The notes under the pieces were generated by a model that did not search any database, was not told the origin of the DNA, and was given only the letters and a program-made list of their open reading frames with translations. The position numbers and the translations under genes were made by a program. A DNA stretch of 64,000 bases, from the NCBI GenBank assembly GCA_002633005.1, contig NMRA01000055.1, forward strand, positions 248,001 to 312,000, in the 5' to 3' direction. Position 1 is the stretch's first letter. Each line of letters starts with the position of its first letter. Source of the stretch: Phoronis australis (taxonomy: Eukaryota; Animalia; Phoronida). Shown here one piece after another: positions 12,501-24,500 of this stretch.

Positions 12501-15500
12501 GAAGGTGATGAAAAGGAAAGAGGCCAAAGGAATGGGATGAGGATAGAGGGTGCTGGTAACAGGACCTCCTCTGAAGATAATATACTTAGTAAAGGTGCTA
12601 TGAAACAAGAGGGAGATAGGTATTCTCAAGACTTGTTTGATGAGGACAGTCTTGACAGTGACATACATACACTTGCATCAGATAATTTTTCCAAGAAAGG
12701 TCTTACTGACTCCTCTGCTAGTCCCACAATGTCTGTTGTCAGTGATGACAATTCAAGTTCATGTAGAGTGACATCTGGTGTACTTGGTGACAACTACAAA
12801 AAACACGAGGGTGCACAATGTTCGTATTTACGGCCTGAATCTCAGGATTTGTTCATTGATGACAGTGAGTGCCAAACATCAGGGATTGACTGTGATTATT
12901 CAGAGTGGAGCAATTTCAAAACTGAATCTGATGAATTTTCAAGTGACGTCGAGACTTCTGAAAAAAGAGCAAGTGACAATATTTCCGAGTTTGGGAGTGA
13001 AAGTGGAGAAATGGTTTTAAAGGTAAATAAGAATGTCTTTTATTCAGTTGAGTCAGGAAGTGACTCAGACGCAACCAAGCAAGACGATGACGATGATGTC
13101 ATTATTATTGACTCTGATGACTTCATTGATGATGATATTTCATCCTGTGATTCTCACCTGGAAACCTCTGGTAAATCAGAATTGGACAATGGTGAAGAGC
13201 GGTCATGTTCAGTCAGTAGTGATGTCATCGCTCAAGAGATGGCAGCTGCAGAGGACATATTTGCTAATGAAGATAGCATGGATTTCTTCTGTGACCCTCG
13301 TCAAAAGTCGGATTTACAAGATGTACCTAACAAAGGTAACAAAGGTATGCTCGTCAGTGTATGTTAGGCCTTGTCTTGAAATGAATGATTTGGTAATGAA
13401 CACTAAAATAATTTGACAAAATGTCATTTTTCCACATTCCAAACTTTATCAAGCTAACAGTGGACTGTGATTTTTCCTAATTTTTGTTTTTGTGTAAAAT
13501 GTTTCCCATATTGTTTGCTAAATAGGTGGAGAATGATCGTACTAGGTTAAATTTGACCAAACTTGACTGAGTATTGGTGAGTAATGCAAATTAGATTTGG
13601 CAACGAAATTGAATAAGCTTGTTGGTTCTGCCACATTTTCCAACATTGAATTCCAAGGTTGGGCGACCTTGCCTCTTGGTAATTATTGCTCTGCATGTAT
13701 GAGTAAGATTGCTGGCCAGTAACATAACTGGAGCTGACTGTCTTTAGCAAGTTGCGTCACTTAGAGAAACTCATTTTCTTACCACCGATGTGGTGATCAA
13801 AGTAAACATACCCAGAACCTGTTCACATGTGACAACGTGCTTCATTCTGCTTAAGAGTGAATTGCACAATTGAAGTTGACTACATTCATGTAGCGTATCA
13901 TCACACTAACTACCCATCCCACTTTTATCACAGCCTTTGTATTTATTTTATTTGCAGACCATTGTGATCAGTCAGAATCTTCTGAGAGGGTTGTTAACCT
14001 TAATGCTATACCAGTGTACGACACCTTGAAGTTCTGTGCCAGTCGCCACACTTCACGCATTCATATTTTTGATGAGGTAATGAACAGTAATGTTTTAACT
14101 GTTTAGAAGTGAGCAATGTAGATGGTGGAAGTTATCTCATGGCAAAATGGACTTTCTCATACTCGTGCCATGTTTAATATTAGGCTGCGTTTTTCCCTAT
14201 AAAAACGTCAAGTTGAATTTGTCCCCTGCTGTCATAAAATTGTTCTCAAATATTCCTGTCATCACAGGATTTCTTTTCCGTTATCAACAAAACATCGACA
14301 CCATGGGTAACTCGAGAAAACACATCAGAATTTATTAGGGTTGGACAACCCTGAAATTGCAAGTTTTGAAAATGGCGCGTGTACGTATTGTGACTTGAGT
14401 TGGTAACAGAAATGGAATTATATTGTGGAATGTAATATTATGAAACTGATTTTATGAGAGTAAGTGGACTGATTCAGCTAGCAGCTGTAGGTTATGCCTG
14501 TCAACTTGTTTCGTGCATGTGTGCTTGTTGATGGTGTTTTATCATGTACACAAATTGCAGTGTTTCCAGTTAAATTAATAGTAGATAACTGTTTCCTGTT
14601 TGTAGCTAGGAATACATCTAGGTGCCAGTATCCAGCCTGTGGATGTTGAAACTGACAACTGGAGCGAACTACCCGACTTGTGCTTCCAACCACACAATAT
14701 GAAGCTAGTGAAGAGATTAGTACACGAGTGGAATGGGTAAGTTGGTGGCTCCACTAACCATTCTTGTGCTTCCAACCACGTAATATGAAGCTAGTGAAGA
14801 GATTAGTACGCGAGTGAAATGGGTAAGTTGGTGGCTCCACTAACCATTCTTATGCTTCCAACCACGTAATACGAAGCTAGTGAAGAGATTAGTACGCGAG
14901 TGGAATGGGTAAGTTGGTGGCTCCACTAACCATTCCTATGTTTAGCATAACCAAATATTTCAATAATTATACCCCTTGACTAAGTACTCGGTCAGTCTGG
15001 TGGTCAGTCAGTGTGTTGGTCAAACCTTGATTGGTAGGTTGTTCCTGGGTCATAAATGAGCACTCTTGATGTCGAGGTCAGCAGATCAAATGCCAAGATT
15101 GCAAGGTCATCCTCAAATTTTCTGTGCAAATTTTTTGTCAGTTGTGGCTGTGTTTTATAAACATTTCTTGTTTGAGTTTCATTTCAACGAATTGTAAGTT
15201 TGAAAAAAACAACCTCCTAAAAATAAAATCTATAGCATGTGATAACTTCAGTTTTTGAAAGAAAGAGTGGGATGGGATATATGGGGATGAATTCCACAGA
15301 ACAAGGTTATTGGAAGGAAAGCATGATCACACAGGATCTCACAAAATCACGCAAGTGAAAGGCAAGTGCTTCAGGAGTAAACTCAAGGCATTACTGGTGT
15401 AGACAGACTAACAAAATAGCCACTGCTGCGAGACTGAAATATTAAATTATGGAGGAATATTTCCAATTACTGCTCCATGAGCAAAGACTTTTTTCTCTAA

Positions 15501-18500
15501 GTCTCTAAGTTCCTGCATTGCGCAATGCACTGAGATATAATTATTATTATAATTACTTTGATATTTTTGACAAGAAATGTGCAGACAATGACTTCAATAT
15601 TTTTCAAGTACTAAGCTGTACATAAACCAGAAATGTCAACTTCATGATGAAATATTTTTACCTATGATTTTTAAAGATGAATGCCTGCTATACTAAATAC
15701 TGTTGTCTGTCCACCCTGTGTTGTCAAATTGAACCAAGTAACTTGGATGTGTAAAAATAAATGAAGTACACTACATAAAGGAGTCATTAGCGGACTATAT
15801 TTTGTTTTTAGACTGACTAATACTAAGAGGAGGGTGGTGTGTAAAAGTGGTTTAGTGTTCAGCAGTGCACAGGCAGCGTATGAGGAGGTGCGCTGTGGTA
15901 AGAAGACTACCCAGAGATATCTGACTAAGGTGAGCAAACTTGGTTTTACGTTGAGGAGCGCCCACCGTGGAAATACTGGTCTCCAATAGTTAAAGTTCAC
16001 AGGTTTTTGTTTTATGTGCCAAAAGCAATACAGCTGTTGGTAGCACGGATATAGGCATTTACTAAATAGAGAATCCTACACAAGTGTTTTATGACTTGGG
16101 CAAAACCTCTTGGAAATTTCGTCGAACGTTCTAAGAGGTTTTGCCCATGTCATAAACATGAGATGAGTGTAGTTTTTATTTTCTCACGTGAACCGTAGAA
16201 ACGATATTTTTACCGAAAAATTTGACCTGTCTAAAACTTTCAACCAAATGATGCAACTTGTGTAAAAACACCATTGGACGATGTAAAGTAAACTCAGTTA
16301 CTTTTTTTTTATAATTTTATTTTAAACTTAACAATTGCAAATTGCATTCAGCTTTCATAACAAATGTTCAAGTTAGAATCTAATAAACAGTCTTCGAAGT
16401 TGTAAATGGGTTTCCCCGTGCCTGAACATTGAATTAACCTGGAGCCAGCACAGCTAGACAGTCTCACCGCGTTTCTCGAGTTGAGGTTCGTCTCCGTTTG
16501 AATGAACGTGGATAGTTGTTTGCATGTCCTTCCGACTGGGAGTACATACAGTTGCGACACTCGATTTGTCTTTATTTATTATTTATTTATTATTGTGATA
16601 TTTAAAATGAGGGTGGCCTCTTGTGTGATAGCACTGCTTTCCAAGAGGGCCCTCAACAAGAAAAACAGTAATATACTACATTGAAGTAATAAAACAACAA
16701 TGAAATATACGTAACCTTGTCACCCTCATGGAATTCCGGCATTGTTTGGTTGTTGGCATTAGGTATCAGTCCACGGATCCACCGACCACTGTACAGCCAA
16801 CAAGCGGCAAGGTGGGGGGTCAGCCATTCAGATCCATGTTTAGTCTGATAAATCACATTAGGGATGAGAGAAATTGGGTGAAGTATGACCCCACAAAGTT
16901 TGGTGGTTTAGGAGATACAAGGGAAGTGTTCTTGGGGGCAAAATGAGGCAATTTCTTGTTGTGGAATGAGTCATTTTTGACCAAATTTTCTACTCCAGTT
17001 TCTGCTTCAAACAGAATCGTTTCTGAACAATTTTGATATCACACGATAGGTTCATGACCAATGTCAGTAAAAACGGCACCGACACTGCAATATCTGTTAC
17101 CATGGTAACACTGGAACTGTTTCCGTGGAGGTACCTTTCCTTCTTGTGAAAAACCAGCAGTAAGTTGTACCCTTATAGCGAAGCTGCCCCCGCGAGAAAA
17201 CTAAAAATAATAACATGGACATGTAGAAGACTCCATGCCCTTGAAATTAATACAATAAAAACTTTGTCAGCCCTTCAGGCAGGCTTGGTAATAGGTGTCT
17301 GAATTTCACTATTTTCAGACCGCGTATGTGTATTTGTCATGTTAAACCAGTCACTAGTTGTGCGCCGTTTCTACGCATTAATATGCCGTGGTATAATACA
17401 ACAATTAAAAGAATTGGTTTGCTTAAATGTTTTTAATTAATTTTAAAGACACTAGCATTTCCCACTAAAATATGAAATTATACTAAATTTGTTCATCCAA
17501 CTCGTCTGAATACCAAACTAAAGCTTACAATGCGTTAGTTGAATGATGGCTGACCTAAAGTGCGGGTTTGTGAATTTATCTATTTATCTGGCACTGCCAG
17601 TCGCATCGAATGTGGTATTTCTACAAATTGCGGAGAGAAACAACTTTGGAAACTCTTGGGAAATGCACAAGGTATAGAGCGAGACATTTGAGCACCTTAT
17701 AAGAGTACGTGGAGCTGATGTGGAGGTGGAACGTGTCCTCCTGAGTAGTCTGTCTCAGTGTCTGCCTCGGAGGCACTGTGTGCAGCAGGAGCTACATAAT
17801 CTACCGTATTAGGTTCACTTGCCCGAATCATCGTTACAACACTCGAGATATATTGGCGTCGCCAAAGACACTTAGAACATCCACTGCACACTAGAGGAGA
17901 AATCTGATAGAGGTCTGAAAAATGACCAAAGACGTTAAGTCAAGGTTCAACGTCCTGCTTCGTGTGAGCTCAGGTAGGAATCACTAAACTCCAGGGTCTG
18001 ACCCTGAGGAATATTTTTAGAAGCACGTCATTCATGCAAAAATACTTTTATTGACACACCGTGATTGCTTATAACTTGGGCCTTATTGCTTAATCATATC
18101 TTATTCAAATGTGTTGATGTTTATGCAACTACATGTATACATTGGCATAGAAAATAGGTAGTCATCATAACTTTTCATAACAACCACCAAATGTGTAACA
18201 TGACTTCTGCCCATGAACTACTTTTAGAGACTAGGGAGTATGTTTTGTCTACCAATGATTTTCTGCGATTATGAAGTTAATTAAACATGCTAAAGCCGTC
18301 AAAAATATTGGTGCCTTCACTTTAGCTTGGTATTCATATTTTGTGAGCCGAAATGGCCACATTAAATTTAATATGTTTAATTTTTTATTAATACAATTTT
18401 AGGAATCAGGAAAGGCTTATGCTGAAGAAGTGGCTTCTGCTGAAGTTGGAGACTTGCCGATTATTAGTAAAGGTTGGGTATTGAAAAGTTCACAACCAGC

Positions 18501-21500
18501 AAGAAGGTACCCTTCTGGACAACTAAGTGAGGGGGCTAGAGAGAGGCCGAAAAGTCTACTCCCAGAAGATATGTCAAAGAGAATTTGTAGCTTGAGGAAC
18601 GAGTTGGGGAAAAAGTATTTGCCAAAGATTACTGGCTTATGCCACAACAGGTCTAAAGTAATTTGTTGAGATAGGCCACTTTCAGCAAATGTGGGGAAAC
18701 TGGGACAGAGGAAGTGGAGTATGCATAGAAAGAGGCAATCTGCGATTGTCAAGGATGTAGCATTGTAAAACTTCAAAGGGAGGAAACAGTACAGTGGCTG
18801 GACCTGTAAATACTCTGGCTGATCTGCTAAATCCAGTGGGGGCATTATTGTATCAGCACAGCTGTGTAGGGAAGTAGGCTTGTGTGTTGTCGCAAGCTTT
18901 GTTTGCACCAGAACTGCTTGTGTGAACAGCACAAATCTAAAATTTACCTAGTCTAAGACTGAATTTTTGTCCAGGCACGGATTATGATCCTGGGCCACAT
19001 GGTAATGGTACATTGTTCATTTTGTTTAGCCACTGGATTTTTTGGTCTGACAGGATTTCTCAGTGTCGCCATCACATTTAGATGATTTCTGACCACTGTA
19101 CTATTCCTTTTCCTTGAAGATGCGTAATTGATCTGAATTTATGTTTCCGCATTTTATTTACCATTATAGATTTTTGTTTGTAAATGGGTATATATTACTG
19201 AAATTTGAGACCCTGTTGCAGTTAGGCTGGTTTTGTTAACTTATCTTTCTGCCTGGGTTGTAAACCCATATTCTGTCCAGGAGGTAATAAGTTTTGATTT
19301 AGACCATTTACCTCTATAAACTTTGCTCAGTTTGTTCCTTATCCAGATGGGAAGTGATTTCTGGAATTGTAGCGAATTGACAGTTTGCTATTCCTTGAGA
19401 CCATGCTGTGTGTATAAAATCACACACTATTAGTCTGGTCTCTAGCAATTGCATATTGCCAGATCTTTCAAAGTTCTGAAATTGCTCAAAAGTGACCTGG
19501 AAGTAATACCTATTTCGTGATGGTAAAATGTCTAAATCAAAAGTTGTTTTATGTGATTTTAGGCGAGTTTATGTCCACTTCAAATGATTTTTTGTTGCAG
19601 TACTGAAAAGTATTGGCACATTAGCTCTGGTGGCTCCTTGTTTTTTTGGCGAATTGACCATTTTATGGTTCCCATGGGTAATTTTGTTACTGGTCTAGTA
19701 TGTATGTACAACTGTAATCGTAGGGCAATTGTAATGCAAACCATGTTGCAAAAGTATTTTTTCATGACCATTTCATTGTAAAATGCTGCCTAATTGGAAC
19801 CGACAAGCCAATTTTTCATTTTGTGGTGGTTAGTTTTGATAAGAACATTGATGTGGTAAATACAGCTACCTCAAGTTTGTGAAGAAGAGATTTCCAGTGT
19901 TGTCAGCGATATTGCGAAATCACTTTTTCGCAGTGAGACTACATCACCTTAAATGTAATTCCCTGACTTTATGAGCTTTGTGTGGTTGACTCTGTCCTGT
20001 AGCAATTAGAGTGTTGAAAATATCTAGAAGGCAATTTTTTATTAGAGTCATAACATTTGCACTTTTGACTGTACAATTATCTTTGCATTGTATTACGAAA
20101 ACATATTTTGTAGTACACAAGTCTCTGGTTGGTATTTTATATTTTTTCACAAGGAATATTTTCAACTTAGATGAGTTGTCTGTGAGGTAGGCAATTTTCA
20201 AATAAGATAATGAATAAAATTGTCAAACATTGTTTTTTTTTTTAGATGTGTGATCTTCCAATAAGTGATTACTTTTAAAAAACCTGTGCAGAATTTGATT
20301 TTTACTCTTCATTTGAAGGAGAATAAATCCATAAACCTGCATTGTCTAGAAATTTTACTCAAACTACATATTACAGGGTTGGGGATTGGAATCTTAATAC
20401 AACAGAGTCTGAACCCGTACCATGAGCAATACAACACAATACACGGATATAAAAATTTGGTGTTTAGGTTCCACGGAAAGGATTCGTGTGCGCGGTAATA
20501 GTTACTAAGGTGCGTGGTCATTGTTTGTGGATACTTTGGGATTCCTCTTCTGTGGTCATCCACGAGAAACCTGGTCGCATAGAGAACAATAGATTAGCAT
20601 CTTCATTGTTATAATAAAGATATAATGACGAGCACTTATCGGCAACGGTCTGATGTACGCAAGGTTCTATATCCATGCGACCTGTGTTGTTATATCCAAC
20701 AGTGACACAACAATGGAAAACAATGATAGGACCGATGGGCGAAAAACATGCAACGAGTTGCCACAGACAGTGGTGGAGTTTGTCTTGTCATTCGAATGTT
20801 TTTAGAGAACTGCAAACCCGGTATTTCGTCAGGAAAATTTCTGCGGTCTTTTGTTTTAAGTCGTGGGAAAAATTGCGGTCATGCCACCAAACTTATCATT
20901 CATTTGATATTACAATGCATTGCATGAACATTTGATCAACAGAAAATCTGACTTGAATATGTGTGAAGAAATACCCATGAGGAAATTGCAAAGTAAAACA
21001 ACTGTAAATCAAAATAACCTACATTTGTCGAGTTCATGTCTAACCCTGTTCACTGCGGAGGACATAATCGGCTTTTTACAAAATGGAGCCATGTGTGGTA
21101 TTTAGGGGTACTATAGCCCAAAGTGATAAGTAGTAAAACGTTCAAAACATTCAGGAGGAACTAACTTGTTGCAAAATATCGAAAAATATGAAGGACAATC
21201 GGATTTTACGGTGCTCACGCATCGATCTCAGATATATGACAATTTCTCATTTTAGTACATTTGAGGTGCCAAAATGTATAACTAATAAACTGGCTGACAA
21301 AGTTTTTATTTTATGCAATGAAAGTAACATGTTTTGTCAACATTTTGGCTAAGTTTCATTCTCATAGCAGTGGGGGCAGATTTGGTACAGCAGTGTACTG
21401 AACACAACCTCAAAATGGCATAACGGGGGGCAGTGTAGTAAAACTACTAAATGAGGGCGGTAAATCGGAATCGTGTTTCAAGACATCTGTGTAACAATCT

Positions 21501-24500
21501 ATAGGCACCACTAAACAATGCCAAGTGAATAATAAATCAATAGCTTTCATTCAAGGAAAAATATGAACAGTTGAAACTGGACAGTTTTTATACCGTGAAA
21601 ACATGGCTGCGAAACCGTAAAATGTGTTTGAACCTATAACTTTAGAAAAACACAATATTTTGAGGAAATATTTTACCGCTGTTTATAGATCCCATAGGAC
21701 TACATATGTGCCAAATTTGGTGAAAATCGGCTGACCCCCACCTTGCCGCTCATGGTTGGTGCTCTCGTGGACTAGTACTTAGTGTTTGTAGACGATAAAA
21801 TTTAAGGCGTATGGATTTCAACTTTGCACTACTTTGTGATTCGCCCGTGTAATATCAAAAAATTACTTACTCGGTGTCATTAACCAGTCGTGTGTCGTGT
21901 CGTAACACATTCCAGGTCATGTCAGAGAATGCTTTCTTGAAATTTTACATAGCTCTGAGTAACACTAGTGAAACATTTACAGCAAGGTGTATCTTAGTTT
22001 TAGCTATTTTGTAACTATTTTATTGTTCAGGATGACATCAACACTGCTGCTAGACAGAAGGCTAAAGAGGTTGGTGGCACACTGCGCTGTCTACAACGCA
22101 ATATTGCACAATCTCCAAAATCTGGACAAAAACCCACTGAGTCACTGACTTCGCCTCAACATTCGTCTGCTACTCTGCCTGCAGCAAACATTTTGTCTGC
22201 TACAGTCACGTGCCAGAAGGAAGGAATCCCACAACAGGACAAAGCATCATGGGAAATATCTTCACCCTACATGCAGGTAAGAGACCCAACGAGCAGTTTT
22301 GGACGTTTAATGTCAAGAAATGTGTGTGTGAATGTGCAGCAAAGTTTTTTGGTCATTCAATATGTGTTGGTCTAGTTTGGTGAACAACTAAATAACCATA
22401 AACTAGACTGAGTAATGATAGTACAAAGACCTCAACTGCAACAGTTCAGTAAATGTGACATCATGTTTTACATCCCCAATACAGGGATTGCTCTTCTAAG
22501 TACTGTTTGAAATATTTTACCATTTAAACAATGCATGATCCTTATTAGCATTTATGTGCTCTGTATACAGGAGATGCACCCTTCTTCAGTACTATTGTTG
22601 TTTAGAGTTGTGCAGTTTGTTACATGCGGTGTACATTTAATGCAAATACTAAATGTTGACGTCACTACTTTCAGCCTTGTTAACTGCTGGTATTCAGACA
22701 ACTAGTGGATTGTCAGTGATTTTAGAAACTGATTTTATTTTGAATCTCACAGGGATAGGCTACAAGCAAAGTTGCTATGAAAACATGTAGCCATTAAACA
22801 AGCTATTTAAAGCAGTAGCATTGTTATTTAACAATGAACGCAGGACAGGGCAAAAAGAATGTTTATTTGACACTGTTCACTAACAGGGACCCAGATTTTG
22901 AGAACCAGTTTGATGCAGGAAACTGGTTCTCAGACTTCAGGACTCCTGTAAGTGACTATTACTGGTTGTGCTCGTATTGTCCCCTTGTCATGCAGGTGGT
23001 GGGGCTGGACGGAGTCCCTCTGTGTATAGCATGCCACAAACCAGTCAACACTCACCTGTTGTCCAAGAAGTCTATGTCCCGTGAAGACACTGCGTGGCAG
23101 ACAAGGTTCTGCTCCAAGAAATGTCGTGAAGACTACTGGGTATGTTATCTTTCATGAAGCTGTGGACGTGGGGCTATGTCTTCTAATATGTTATCTTTCA
23201 TCAAATTGTGGGTGCAGGGCTCTGTCCTCTGGTATGCTATCTTTCATCGAAACTTGTGCGCAGGACTCGTGTCTTATGTTTCATCAAACCGTGGACGTGG
23301 GACTCTGTCCTCGAATATGTTAAAGCCGCTGTCTGTCTCTTACTAGATGACTATGTAAATTCTATAGCACACCACTTACCCACATCCCAACGATTCTTAT
23401 TTTTTCCTACTTTTCCTTGAAATTCCTATTTTCTACTAATTTTGTGTTCATTTTTGTTGACGACTTAATTTCTTGAATCAACCTAAGAAAGGCAGTGTCA
23501 CATAATGGTATAAAAGATGGTATCATGGTGTTTTTCCTTAAGTCACTGAAGTAGAAGAAATTAAGTTGGGGATTGGTGTTAAATACAAGTAGATTATCTG
23601 TGAAGTCCGGCATATTTATTACAAATACTGCAGTTTTTACCTTATGTGACAAAAGCATCCACTTTCATAGTCATTGTAAAAGAAATTAATGTTGTTTCTC
23701 AAATTCTATAAATATGTAGAATTTTTCCCGGTATGACACAATTCTAACTCAAGGTATAACTATGGGTTGCATGTTTTCTTTTTGGTGAGGTATAAGTATC
23801 GACCCAGATTTGCTAGCCCACCTACAGCCCCCTCATCCCAAAAAGATGAATGCCCCTTTGGTTGTTTTAATTGTTCCTACTTTTTCTTACATTTTCCTAC
23901 GTTACTTTTTAACTGGTTTTTTGTGAACTGCCTGCCCTATCTTTTGTGAACTGCTTGCCCTACCTTTTGTGAACTGCTTGCGCTACCTTTTGTGAACTGC
24001 TTGCGCTACCTTTTGTGAACTGCCTGCCCTACCTTTTGTGAACTGCTTGCGCTACCTTTTCCTACATTCTTACGGGAAGTTGTCGGTATACCTGTCACTT
24101 GTTAACTACCTTATATGCCGCAATCCATTAAAGGAAATCAGAATAGTTTACAAACAAACCCAGTTAGACTATCACGGGACACTGATATAATCATTTGAAT
24201 AAGAAGGTTTTTATTTGGATGTTGAACTTGTTTGCAAAGGCTGAACAGGATTTTGTAACTGATCCATGTAAGTGCCTGTTAGTCATTCATAATAGTTCAA
24301 TATGTAGTTAGTTCCAAAGAGCTCATAGCCACAGAAAACCTTGACTCGTTTGCAAGCAGAAGTTTTAATGGCATACTAGATGTTAACAATTTTTCTCATA
24401 CAGCAAGTTCTGTGTTTGTTTCTTCATTGCATCACAGTGTTTTTGTCATTCCTTTGACATGGTAACCCTACCTTGGTGTATTGTCTGACCAACAGAGGTC

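Noticed and set aside
11030-13416. Overlapping alternative-frame and antisense ORFs in the ZRANB3 giant exon
   Set aside because: These are shadow ORFs of a long coding exon with no motif support.
18417-18932. 171-aa minus-strand ORF as a gene
   Set aside because: It is antisense to the transposase-like remnant inside the transposon and has no recognisable motif.
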